From a candidate division WOR-3 bacterium (GTDB lineage: Bacteria; Hydrothermota; Tepidihabitantia; SM23-42; JAOAFX01): a DNA stretch of 23,672 bases. The notes under the pieces were generated by a model. It was not told where the DNA came from. It saw only the letters and a program-made list of their open reading frames with translations, and did not search any database. The position numbers and the translations under genes were made by a program. Location: the NCBI GenBank assembly GCA_039802265.1, contig JBDRWI010000035.1:1-23672 (forward strand), given 5' to 3'. Below are positions 15,407 to 23,672 of the stretch, in pieces; positions within the stretch are counted from its first letter, which is position 1; every line of letters starts with the position of its first letter.

Positions 15407-15682
15407 CTATAATTTTGTATCAAGAGGCAGATGGAGAGGGTTGGCACAATAGATTTCTTTACACCTCGGGCAAAGTATGAAGACAAACTCTTTATAAACT
15501 TCTTCCTCAAGCAAGTCTTCAGGAATTGATTTGATCTTTTCAAATTCTTTATTGATATCAATATTCCCCTCTTTAATATTTATTATTCCATCAAAGTCAG
15601 CCAGGACTTTAATCAGGAGGCGATAAAAAAGGTCTCCCGGATTGATTATCTTTTGGCAGCGATCACAGATCTGCGAGGCCAT
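15407..15682 (-). CDS. Small hypothetical protein with two CxxC pairs (putative Zn-binding)
   Basis: CDRC near the N-terminus and CPRC near the C-terminus. Starts 3 nt after the mglA stop. Confidence 0.7.
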   Translation of the reverse strand: MASQICDRCQKIINPGDLFYRLLIKVLADFDGIINIKEGNIDINKEFEKIKSIPEDLLEEEVYKEFVFILCPRCKEIYCANPLHLPLDTKL

Positions 15683-15685
15683 AAC

Positions 15686-16270
15686 TTATGAGGGTAAGGA
15701 TAAAAGCACCCTTTTACATATCTCCTTTAAGGTCTCAAAGACTCCGATTCCTTGAACCGCTACAGCCTCAAAATAGGGATATTTATTCTGGGGATTCAAA
15801 ACCTTCTGGAGTTCTTCAACTGAAGTAATGTTGGGTAGGTCTCTCTTATTATATTGGATAATCAGCGGAATTTTCTCAAGTGACATATTATATGTCTTTA
15901 AATTGTCTTCCATATTCTGGAATGATTCAATATTTTCATCAAACCTCTCAATCTGGGAATCGGCAACAAAGACAATTCCATCCGCACCTTTTAAGATTAG
16001 TTTTCGGGAGGCATTATAGAATACCTGTCCGGGCACGGTATAAAGATGGAATCGCGTCTTGAATCCCTTGATTGTGCCCAGGTCAACAGGCAGGAAGTCA
16101 AAAAATAGTGTGCGGTCAAGTTCGGTGGCAAGGCTGATTAATTTTCCTTTTATCTCGGGATTGAGTTTTGAATAAATATATTTTATATTCGTCGTCTTGC
16201 CTCCGAGTCCCGGACCATAGTATACAATCTTGCAATTGATTTCCCTTGATGCGTAGTTAATTAAGGCCAT
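15686..16270 (-). CDS. mglA: MglA small Ras-like GTPase
   Basis: MALINYASREINCKIVYYGPGLGGKTTN, RTLFFDFLP, TVPGQVFY, QYNKRD. Start set at ATG 16270 from the family N-terminus. Confidence 0.93.
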   Translation of the reverse strand: MALINYASREINCKIVYYGPGLGGKTTNIKYIYSKLNPEIKGKLISLATELDRTLFFDFLPVDLGTIKGFKTRFHLYTVPGQVFYNASRKLILKGADGIVFVADSQIERFDENIESFQNMEDNLKTYNMSLEKIPLIIQYNKRDLPNITSVEELQKVLNPQNKYPYFEAVAVQGIGVFETLKEICKRVLLSLPS

Positions 16271-16305
16271 CAGTGCTATTAAATATTGATTGTGTTTTGC
16301 GCATT

Positions 16306-16800
16306 TCAAAAACCAAATAACTTATCCAATTCGTCTTCGGCCGCCTTTGTAAAATCCATATCAAATGGTTTCTGGTTAGTTTCGGTCTTACCAATTTTTG
16401 AAAATATATCTTCAAATATCTTTTCCAGTTCCAGTGCGGTATTCTTTGCCTTTACCCGAACCAATCCCAGTGTCGTGCGCTGGTCAAAAATTACCGCCAA
16501 TATTACCCGATTGGCAATCAAACAGACATATAAATTTTCCTTCTCGCCCTGATGGAATAATGTGGAAAATTCCTTCTCGCCAATCAAGGAGGCAAGCTGG
16601 CTGGTGGCCGCAAAATCTGCGGCCGAGAGTGTAGCAAATGAAGAAACATCAAGCCGTGTGGTATCACCGGCTGAGGTGATAAGTTGACCGGCCTTATCAA
16701 TAAGGAGAATAGTTCGGGCATTTGTTCCCTGCAACAGGCGATTCAATGCCTCGGTTATTGCCCAGAAGTCCTCTTCAAATATATTAAGACCTTCCTGCAT
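16306..16800 (-). CDS. mglB: MglB roadblock/LC7 protein (GAP partner of MglA); start ATG 16800 or 16803
   Basis: LIDKAGQLI, LIGEKEFSTLFHQGE, TTLGLVRV motifs. Directly upstream of mglA. Confidence 0.9.
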   Translation of the reverse strand: MQEGLNIFEEDFWAITEALNRLLQGTNARTILLIDKAGQLITSAGDTTRLDVSSFATLSAADFAATSQLASLIGEKEFSTLFHQGEKENLYVCLIANRVILAVIFDQRTTLGLVRVKAKNTALELEKIFEDIFSKIGKTETNQKPFDMDFTKAAEDELDKLFGF

Positions 16801-16806
16801 CATAAT

Positions 16807-16834
16807 ATTATAAATAGAATTTGACAAAAGTCAA
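16807..16834 (-). promoter_or_regulatory. sigma70-type promoter for the mglB-mglA-dnaE run
   Basis: TTGACT-N16-TATAAT, 6 nt before ATG 16800. Confidence 0.7.
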
Positions 16835-16882
16835 GCACGAATTCTCAATGGGGCGTTAAAAATGGATTCCCCTAACTATCTG

Positions 16883-16910
16883 TTGACAAGGGAGTGATTT
16901 TTATTATAAT
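16883..16910 (+). promoter_or_regulatory. sigma70-type promoter for the glycosyltransferase run (divergent from mglB)
   Basis: Perfect TTGACA-N16-TATAAT. Confidence 0.72.
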
Positions 16911-17589
16911 GGCTTTGAGGTGGAAAATTAAGCTTTCTGTTATTATTCCGGTTTATAATGAGAGTGAAAATATCAACCGCCTGATAGCGGCTGTAAAATC
17001 GGTAGCGATAGCAAAGGAGATAATTGTAGTAGATGACTTTTCTAATGATGGCACAAGGGAGAAGTTGAAGGATATACCGGATATAGAGGTTTTATTCCAT
17101 GAGAAGAATATGGGCAAGGGTTCAGCAATAAGGACCGGATTAGAACATGCAACGGGCGATGTGGTCATAATCCAGGATGCGGACTTAGAATATTCACCAA
17201 ATGATTATTCAAAACTACTTGAACCAATTCTTAAAGGCGAGACCAGGGTTGTCTATGGTTCAAGGATTCTGGGCAGGGGCAAGTTTTTAAAAAAGAGTTA
17301 TTTTGCGAATCGGGTCCTGACCTTACTGACCAATTTATTATTTAAGGGGCATATCACTGATATGGAGACCTGTTATAAGATGATGGATAGAAAACTGATG
17401 CAGAGCTTGAATCTTGTTTCATCACGCTTTGAGATAGAGCCCGAGATTACCTGCAAATTACTGAGAAAAGGGATTAAAATCTTTGAAATTCCGATTTCGT
17501 ATTATGGGAGAACTGCCGGCAAAAAAATCGGTGTTAAAGACGGCATCCAGGCGATATGGAATATAGTAAAATGGAAGATAAGAAAATAA
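16909..17589 (+). CDS. Family 2 glycosyltransferase (DPM1-like, polyprenol-phosphate sugar transferase); start uncertain
   Basis: KLSVIIPVYNE, IIVVDDFSNDGT, NMGKGSA, IQDADLEY, TDMETCYK, FEIEPEIT. Confidence 0.92.
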   Translation: MALRWKIKLSVIIPVYNESENINRLIAAVKSVAIAKEIIVVDDFSNDGTREKLKDIPDIEVLFHEKNMGKGSAIRTGLEHATGDVVIIQDADLEYSPNDYSKLLEPILKGETRVVYGSRILGRGKFLKKSYFANRVLTLLTNLLFKGHITDMETCYKMMDRKLMQSLNLVSSRFEIEPEITCKLLRKGIKIFEIPISYYGRTAGKKIGVKDGIQAIWNIVKWKIRK

Positions 17590-17723
17590 TGGAAGTGGTT
17601 ATTGGGTTTGGAATTTTGTATGGTCTTAAGGCGTAGTGATATGGTAGGATATTTTACTTGTTATTTACCCAATGACCAAAGAACATACCAGCAACTATAC
17701 ACGATAACCAATAACGAATTTTT

Positions 17724-18893
17724 ATGAAGGTTTTATTCGTTGCCACTGCATTTCCCAGATACAAGGGTGATGTGATCACACCCTGGATGATTGAATTGAT
17801 TGAGCGATTGCGGAATAAAGGGATAGAAGTGGCGGTTTTTACTTCTTCTTATCAAGGATTGAAAAATCAAACATGGAATGGAATGCCTGTTTATAGATTC
17901 CGATATTTCCTCAAGAAATACGAGCGATTAACCCATGAAGAAACAGCAGTGGATAGATTCAGCAAGGGTGGATTTAATATATTATTGAGTCTTTTTTATG
18001 TTATTTTCGGAACAATCGCAATCGCAAGATTGGTTTGCTCAAAAAAATTTGATATTGTCCATATTAACTGGCCCTTTCCCCATATACTATTCGGGGTCTG
18101 TGCCAGGGCAGTATCAAGATGTCGGGTCTTTGCTACATTCTATGGTCTTGAAATCCGTTGGTTGAAAAAGAAATTTCCGTTTTTAGTCAAACCGTTCGCT
18201 TATCTTGTAAATCGTGCTGATGTGATTACTGCAATCTCAAATCACACTGCAAGTGAATTGCAAGGGATTGTAAAAAAAGAGATACCAATAATACCATTCA
18301 GTATTACGGTTGAGTCATCATCCGGTACTGTCTCTGATGAAAATTTTATTCTATTCGTGGGCAGGCATGTGGAGAGAAAGGGTGTGCATATATTGATTGA
18401 GGCATTTAAACTCATTCATAAAGAGATTCCACATAATTTAATAATTGTAGGTGATGGACCAGAGAGGAAGAACTGGGAAAGAATTAACCAGGATTATGGA
18501 TTGAATGATAGAATAAAATTTACCGGCTGGGTCTCTAAGGAAGATTTGCATAATTATTACAGAACATGCAGCTTCTTTGTCCTGCCGGCAATCTATGATA
18601 AACATGGTGATACCGAAGGGCTTGGCGTTGTGATGATTGAGGCAATGAATTATTCAAAACCGGTAATTGCGTCAAATGTCGGCGGGATAACTGATGTGGT
18701 GATAAACAGGTATAATGGGATTCTTGTTAAAGATAATGACCCAAATGAACTTGCAAAAGCAATAAAAGAACTTGCTTATAATAAAAAACTCTGTGCAGAA
18801 CTTGGTATGAATGCAAAAAAGACTATTGAAGAAAGGTTTAATTGGGATAAAATAGTTACTAAACTGATAGGATTATATGAAGCAGATAATTGA
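17724..18893 (+). CDS. Family 4 (GT-B) glycosyltransferase
   Basis: ILFVGRHVERKGV, IVGDGPER, EGLGVVMIEAM, PVIASNVGGI. Confidence 0.92.
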   Translation: MKVLFVATAFPRYKGDVITPWMIELIERLRNKGIEVAVFTSSYQGLKNQTWNGMPVYRFRYFLKKYERLTHEETAVDRFSKGGFNILLSLFYVIFGTIAIARLVCSKKFDIVHINWPFPHILFGVCARAVSRCRVFATFYGLEIRWLKKKFPFLVKPFAYLVNRADVITAISNHTASELQGIVKKEIPIIPFSITVESSSGTVSDENFILFVGRHVERKGVHILIEAFKLIHKEIPHNLIIVGDGPERKNWERINQDYGLNDRIKFTGWVSKEDLHNYYRTCSFFVLPAIYDKHGDTEGLGVVMIEAMNYSKPVIASNVGGITDVVINRYNGILVKDNDPNELAKAIKELAYNKKLCAELGMNAKKTIEERFNWDKIVTKLIGLYEADN

Positions 18894-19485
18894 GGCTTTA
18901 TTGATTGCAACTGATACCCCGCTCAGTTTAGAGCGGATTGCCGGGATTATCAATTGCCCGGAAGAAGAGGTGAAGAAGAACCTTAAGATATTAAATGAAG
19001 AATATAAACAGACGGGCAGGGCATTTGAGATTAAAGAAGTCGCTGGTGGTTATCAGATTTATACATTACCTGAATATGCAGATTATGTGGGCAAATTGAA
19101 ACAGAAGAAGGAAAAATTATCAAAGGCAGCGCTTGAGACATTAGCAATAATTGCGTATCACCAGCCGATTACCCGCGCAGAAGTGGAAAAGGCGAGGGGT
19201 GTTGATTGTTCTTATATTCTTGATAGTCTGATGGAAAAGGGATTGATTAAGACCAGCGGTAGGTTACCAACTCCAGGTAGACCAATAAAATATGTCACGA
19301 CTAATGAATTTCTAAGACACTTTGGAATTCGGGATTTGAGCGAGTTGCCCAGGGAAGAGGATTTTGCTGAACCAGCAATTGAAACTATGCCAAGTTCTCA
19401 GCCTGCCCAAGAACCGGTTGTAGAAGAAAAGCAAGAAAAGGTTGATGAGGAGATAGAAGAAGAATTCAAAGACCTCACAGATTAA
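18877..19485 (+). CDS. scpB: SMC-Scp complex subunit ScpB
   Basis: IIEALL, LSKAALETLAIIAYHQPITRAEVE..RGV, PGRP..Y.TT..FL..FG motifs, acidic tail. Confidence 0.95.
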   Translation: MKQIIEALLIATDTPLSLERIAGIINCPEEEVKKNLKILNEEYKQTGRAFEIKEVAGGYQIYTLPEYADYVGKLKQKKEKLSKAALETLAIIAYHQPITRAEVEKARGVDCSYILDSLMEKGLIKTSGRLPTPGRPIKYVTTNEFLRHFGIRDLSELPREEDFAEPAIETMPSSQPAQEPVVEEKQEKVDEEIEEEFKDLTD

Positions 19486-20129
19486 TGTCAATAAAGCAAG
19501 AGATTAAAGAATTCTTAAGAAAGTTCGGGGTAAAAATCATTGGCTTCGGTAATATTCCTGAAGATGCTGAGATACTTGAAATAAATTATAAATACCCCAA
19601 GGTGATCGTATTTGGTTATTCAATCTCAGAGGGTGTCTTAAATACAATAAAAGACCATCCAACACTCATCTATAAACAACATTACAAAACCGTTAACTGG
19701 CTTTTAGACCAGACTGCCTACCACCTTGTTCAATTTATTGAAGAAAAAGGTGCAAAGGCGATTGCGATCCCTGCTTCCCAGACCGTGGACTGGCAGAATC
19801 AGAAGGGTCATATTTCCCATAAACTTCTGGCAGTTGAATGCGGACTCGGGTTTATCGGCAGGAGCGGACTTGTTGTGCATCCGAAATACGGGGCAAGGGT
19901 CAGGTATATCTCTGTTCTTACCGACCTTGAATTTGAGCCTGAGAAAAAGCTCAACGGGGATTGTGGAGATTGCAAAAAATGTATAATCACCTGTCCGGCA
20001 CAGGCAATAAGTGAACAGGGTGTGGATTTAAAGAAATGTCTGGCAAAATTAAAGGAATTTGCCAAGATGCCGGGGATAGGGCAGTATATCTGTGGTATCT
20101 GTGTAAAGGTATGCAATGGAAAGCGTTAA
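19485..20129 (+). CDS. QueG/reductive dehalogenase-like 4Fe-4S protein
   Basis: SHK..AV..GLG.IGRSGLVVHPKYG, CxxCxxCxxxCP (CGDCKKCIITCP), CGICVKVC. Confidence 0.8.
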   Translation: MSIKQEIKEFLRKFGVKIIGFGNIPEDAEILEINYKYPKVIVFGYSISEGVLNTIKDHPTLIYKQHYKTVNWLLDQTAYHLVQFIEEKGAKAIAIPASQTVDWQNQKGHISHKLLAVECGLGFIGRSGLVVHPKYGARVRYISVLTDLEFEPEKKLNGDCGDCKKCIITCPAQAISEQGVDLKKCLAKLKEFAKMPGIGQYICGICVKVCNGKR

Positions 20130-20137
20130 CAAGATTT

Positions 20138-20175
20138 TCCTCTCCCTTGAGGGGAGAGGATTAAGGTGAAGGTGA
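20138..20175. repeat. REP-like repeat, same family as 27-63 in opposite orientation
   Basis: TCCTCTCCCTTGAGGGGAGAGGATTAAGGTGAAGGTGA, with a TCCTCTCCC/GGGAGAGGA stem. Confidence 0.6.
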
Positions 20176-20217
20176 TCTGTGGAGATGGTTTTGAAATCTT
20201 TAGGATGATAAAAGACA

Positions 20218-20742
20218 ATGGCAGAAATTCATAAACCCCAAAGAGTCCTTGCCTTTGCTGGACTGATATTTTTTAAAGAATTCAATCCTGATTCGGCACT
20301 GGAACATTTGAATGAATTGCTCGGTAGGGTGATAAAGAAATCAGAAATCATCCCTTTTACTCATACTACATACTACAATAAAGAGATGGGTGAAAATCTT
20401 CTAAGGCAATGGGTATTATTTGAAAAATTAATATATCCTGATTTGTTGATTGAATTGAAGCATAAATCAAATGAGATTGAAAATAGATTTCTGAATGAAA
20501 ATGGCGGTAGGAAGATTAACATTGACCCGGGCTTGATTTCTTTGAGCAATATCATCCTTGCATCAACTAAAAACTATTCACATAGAATATATCTTGGCAA
20601 AGGCATTTATGCAGAAGTCACCCTTATTTACAAAGACCATCAATTCCGTCCCCTGGAATGGACATATCCCGATTATCGGGAGGCAAAGGCATTGCAATTT
20701 TTTAATGAGGCAAGGGGTATATTAAAAAATTTCCAATATTGA
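20218..20742 (+). CDS. DUF4416-like conserved hypothetical protein
   Basis: F..T.YY..EMG, R.INIDPG, LASTKNYSHRIYLGKGIYAEVTL, WTYPDY motifs recalled for this family. Confidence 0.8.
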   Translation: MAEIHKPQRVLAFAGLIFFKEFNPDSALEHLNELLGRVIKKSEIIPFTHTTYYNKEMGENLLRQWVLFEKLIYPDLLIELKHKSNEIENRFLNENGGRKINIDPGLISLSNIILASTKNYSHRIYLGKGIYAEVTLIYKDHQFRPLEWTYPDYREAKALQFFNEARGILKNFQY

Positions 20743-20799
20743 TACAAATCTGATAAAAAATATAAGGGTGATTTTCAATTTTTCTTAAAAAGACAGCTG

Positions 20800-20827
20800 T
20801 TGACTTTTATTAAAATCCGAATATAAT
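20800..20827 (+). promoter_or_regulatory. sigma70-type promoter
   Basis: TTGACT-N16-TATAAT, 6 nt before ATG 20834. Confidence 0.7.
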
Positions 20828-20833
20828 AAGATT

Positions 20834-21682
20834 ATGAAGAAAATGATTATTATGCTAATTATATTTATAGGTTCAATCCAGGCAAATTTGAGCCGAATTA
20901 ATGTACTAATGGTTGGTGATTACATTGACGACCCAGTAAATATTGAAATCTTTCCCCAGCATCTTGTAATCTTTCAGAATTATCTTTATGGTGATATATT
21001 GAAAGGCACGGAAGACTACGGAATTATAATTGCCCCGGAAGCAAAATATGGATGTATGGGTATCAAGCAGAATGGAATTATAAGCCTCGGTTATGGAATT
21101 AATCTGCATAAATTTGATATTGGCATCCTTGGATCCTGGATAGAAGGGCATCGGCACTTTGGTCTGGGACTGGGGCGTGTATTCTTTGCATCACGCGTGG
21201 ACATCTCTTTTATTGTTAACAATGAAAAATATCTGAATGAAGGTTATGGCTCAAATTTCAGATTCCTCCTGCGTAAGGGTGATTATATCTTAATTCCAAG
21301 ATACAGTTTTTACAACTCGTCAGAGATGTACGATTATATTTCAAATCGGATCGGGATGATGCTACAGCGATATATACTTAACGAGGGATTTGTCTTTTTC
21401 CTGTTTGAATATACCCTAAATAACGGAGAAATAAAGACGGATTTTATCCGGGTCTTCTCAGGACTTGAATTACCGTTGAATAAGACCTTCGTCTTGCGCC
21501 TCGGCACCGAAGGTGAGTTTGACCAGGATTTTGTGAGTATCCAGAAGAAACTGGAAACCGGACTGGGTTTACATATTAGGGAATTTAACATTGATTTTCA
21601 TCTCAATAAAGAGAGATTTTTTAATAAAGAACTTACCTTCTTCAATTCGCTTGGATTAGATTTGAACTTTGGTAAATTCTGA
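20834..21682 (+). CDS. Hypothetical exported protein, probably outer-membrane beta-barrel
   Basis: Signal peptide (MKKMIIMLIIFIGSIQA), alternating hydrophobic strands, C-terminal Phe. Confidence 0.6.
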   Translation: MKKMIIMLIIFIGSIQANLSRINVLMVGDYIDDPVNIEIFPQHLVIFQNYLYGDILKGTEDYGIIIAPEAKYGCMGIKQNGIISLGYGINLHKFDIGILGSWIEGHRHFGLGLGRVFFASRVDISFIVNNEKYLNEGYGSNFRFLLRKGDYILIPRYSFYNSSEMYDYISNRIGMMLQRYILNEGFVFFLFEYTLNNGEIKTDFIRVFSGLELPLNKTFVLRLGTEGEFDQDFVSIQKKLETGLGLHIREFNIDFHLNKERFFNKELTFFNSLGLDLNFGKF

Positions 21683-21770
21683 CGAATAGTTATTGGGTTT
21701 AGGCTGCGATGCTTGTATAAATAACTTTTTAACAAGCATCCAAACCCAAAAAACTTTTAACCATCTGTAA

Positions 21771-21843
21771 GGGGGTGTAGCTCAGCTGGGAGAGCAATGC
21801 GTTTGCAACGCATAGGTCAGCGGTTCGACTCCGCTCACCTCCA
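21771..21843 (+). tRNA. tRNA-Ala (anticodon TGC), CCA not encoded
   Basis: Acceptor stem GGGGGTG/CACCTCC with G3-U70, D-arm GCTC/GAGC, anticodon arm ATGCG-TTTGCAA-CGCAT, T-loop TTCGACT, discriminator A followed by ATT. Confidence 0.96.
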
Positions 21844-21851
21844 ATTCGCTT

Positions 21852-23000
21852 ATGGCTAATAACTACTTTCAGGAGAGAAAAGATGTAATCATAAATCTTT
21901 TTATTACCAGTCGGTGTAATGCAAACTGTCGTGAGTGTGTCAATCAAACAATCACATTAAATTCCGGGCTGGATTCTAAAATACTTGAATCTGATGTTGA
22001 CCGGGACACGGCATTGATAAAGACAATTCTTAAAAAACACAAAAATTTACCTACTACAGTTTGTTTTTATGGTGGTGAACCCCTGCTTCTCCCACAAAAA
22101 ATTGTTCAGATAATCCAGCGATTATCGGACAACGGTAGCGATAACCGTCTCAGGTATATGATTTACACCAATGGAGAAAATATTGCTAACTTCTTTAAAA
22201 ATTATCCCCCAGTTGCTCGTAAAATCTGGATTTACGCAGTATCCATTGATGGTGATGAAGTCCAGCATAATAAATTCAGATTGGGCACGGATTTTAAGAG
22301 GATCAAAAAAAATCTGCAATTCATAAAGGAAAGATACAGGGGTAATATCCTGATGTGGTCAACATTGAGAGAAGAACAATCGTTATTAAACTGTTTCAAA
22401 GAATTTGTGAGACTGTATCAAAAGGGACTCGTCAATCATTTCTTCTGGCACTGGTTGGAAACTCCAGAGGAATTCAAAGATTTCCCAAGATATTTTGAAA
22501 GTTATACTGATGAATTTGGGGTTATTGTAGATTCTTATATCAAATATCTGAAAAAGGGAGAACTTCTCCCCATTGCCCATTTAAATGAATTGGTTTTGTA
22601 TCTAATTACTAAAAAAGAACGTGGTCATACTGCCTGTGGAGCCGAACTACCCACCAACTATGACCTTATTGGTGGAAAAGTTCTGGCCTGTGTTGACCTC
22701 CCCTTTAAGCAGGGAAAGGATTTGAAAAAAAATTCCAAAAAATTATTGCGCTTCAAGAAAGAACTCGGATGCAATCAATGTGAAATTCATTTTTATTGTG
22801 GAGGACGCTGTCCGGTGCAGGTCTTCTGCGGGGCCCAGAAAAGAACCAAGCAGTATTGTGATTTATTAAGGGCGCATGTCCAAATTGTCCAATTAAGACT
22901 TGAAGAAATAAAAAATGCGCTAAAAGAGAAAAATCTAACCTTACAGGAAATTTATGACCGTTCCGCCTTTATTGTCAGATACACCGATGTAACACCTTAG
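21852..23000 (+). CDS. Radical SAM/SPASM protein, resembling the AF0577 (TIGR04084)-type putative peptide-modifying family
   Basis: CNANCREC, FYGGEPLL, YTNG, SIDG, SPASM-like ACG...LAC and CxxC-x5-CGGRC...YC. The family call is from memory of motif layout. Confidence 0.85.
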   Translation: MANNYFQERKDVIINLFITSRCNANCRECVNQTITLNSGLDSKILESDVDRDTALIKTILKKHKNLPTTVCFYGGEPLLLPQKIVQIIQRLSDNGSDNRLRYMIYTNGENIANFFKNYPPVARKIWIYAVSIDGDEVQHNKFRLGTDFKRIKKNLQFIKERYRGNILMWSTLREEQSLLNCFKEFVRLYQKGLVNHFFWHWLETPEEFKDFPRYFESYTDEFGVIVDSYIKYLKKGELLPIAHLNELVLYLITKKERGHTACGAELPTNYDLIGGKVLACVDLPFKQGKDLKKNSKKLLRFKKELGCNQCEIHFYCGGRCPVQVFCGAQKRTKQYCDLLRAHVQIVQLRLEEIKNALKEKNLTLQEIYDRSAFIVRYTDVTP

Positions 23001-23405
23001 ATGAATAAACTGCCCCAATATAAAATGTCATTTCAGCAACATAGAATAAATCAATCTTTTATTTCTCAATTCCACAATTGAATAAAGGGAAAAATTTGTT
23101 ATAATATGGTATGGCAAGAAAGTCTAACATTTCCATAGTATCTTATTTTTTTTGAAATCGTTAAGCCAAGTTAGACCCGGTGAGATATGATATTAGGTTC
23201 AGAAAACGGATTTATTGGACTGAAGAGGCAATTGTTATGGTAATGTTAAAACTTAAGAATTTGATAGAGAGGATAAAGACCAGAGAATATTGAGACTCAT
23301 AACAAAATTTGATGCACAACATTTGAGATCATCAAGTAAATCGGAGTCACTGAGAATCGAAAGTAAGAAATTGAATATAAAAATTAATGATTTATAGTGT
23401 TTTTC

Positions 23406-23433
23406 TTGACATTTAAGAAGAATTTATTATAAT
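23406..23433 (+). promoter_or_regulatory. sigma70-type promoter for the DNA methyltransferase
   Basis: Perfect TTGACA-N16-TATAAT, 7 nt before ATG 23441. Confidence 0.75.
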
Positions 23434-23440
23434 AATTAAA

Positions 23441-23672
23441 ATGAAACAGAAACTCAAAAAGTCAATTAAATATGGAACAGTGAAATCTGGTCTGGACGTA
23501 GTTAAAGAACAACTAAGTATACTTGATGTTTATCAAAAGAAAGCAACTTCGCCGCATAAAAATATTTTCGTTTTTATTGGCGATGTAAGGAAAGTATTGA
23601 AGAAATTGCCCGATGAATGTGTTGATTGTGTTATTACTTCACCCCCATATTGGCAGCAAAGAGATTATAAAC
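23441..23672 (+). CDS. Site-specific DNA methyltransferase (N4-C/N6-A, beta class), truncated by the window end
   Basis: Hand translation: MKQKLKK...IFVFIGDVRKVLKKLPDECVDCVITSPPYWQQRDYK, with the catalytic TSPPY motif near the N-terminus. Confidence 0.88.
   Translation, partial: MKQKLKKSIKYGTVKSGLDVVKEQLSILDVYQKKATSPHKNIFVFIGDVRKVLKKLPDECVDCVITSPPYWQQRDYK

Noticed and set aside
15367..15561. 64-aa minus-strand ORF abutting the dnaE start
   Set aside because: Overlaps the better-supported CxxC protein (15407-15682) in another frame.
16271..16309. N-terminal extension of mglA in the ORF track (similarly mglB to 16827)
   Set aside because: Family N-termini and promoter position favour ATG 16270 and ATG 16800/16803.
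19726..20116. Alternative-frame and antisense ORFs, one Cys-containing, within the QueG-like gene
   Set aside because: Fully nested in a well-supported CDS with no independent signals. The same applies to the other short shadow ORFs in the track.
21729..21947. 72-aa minus-strand ORF
   Set aside because: Antisense shadow of tRNA-Ala and the start of the radical SAM gene.

Overview
Bacterial chromosomal window with AT-rich, low-GC character. The taxon cannot be established from the sequence. T9SS-like C-terminal tails, mglAB and the repeat types would fit an uncultured diderm lineage such as candidate division WOR-3, but this is only a guess. The left third holds an apparently complete sigma54-controlled RiPP system on the minus strand. 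In transcription order it has: a GAF/AAA+/Fis enhancer-binding protein (6209-8023); three palindromic UAS-like boxes; a perfect -24/-12 promoter; a 33-aa Cys/Gly-rich precursor ORF missing from the ORF track (5617-5718, MIRLNGDSKQTVGAGAGGCGVIACGGSCSGIVW); a hairpin; a radical SAM/SPASM maturase; and two ABC-2 transporter pairs. The middle contains a secreted beta-helix protein and a long minus-strand run (mglB, mglA, Zn-ribbon protein, dnaE, OM protein, trx-like, tlpA, osmC) with a perfect parS site. The right part has two glycosyltransferases, scpB, a QueG-like Fe-S protein, a DUF4416-like protein, an OM protein, tRNA-Ala(TGC), a second radical SAM/SPASM gene and the start of a DNA methyltransferase. 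All seven near-consensus sigma70 promoters I found have a 16-bp spacer, and four of them sit 6-7 nt before a start codon, which suggests leaderless mRNAs.
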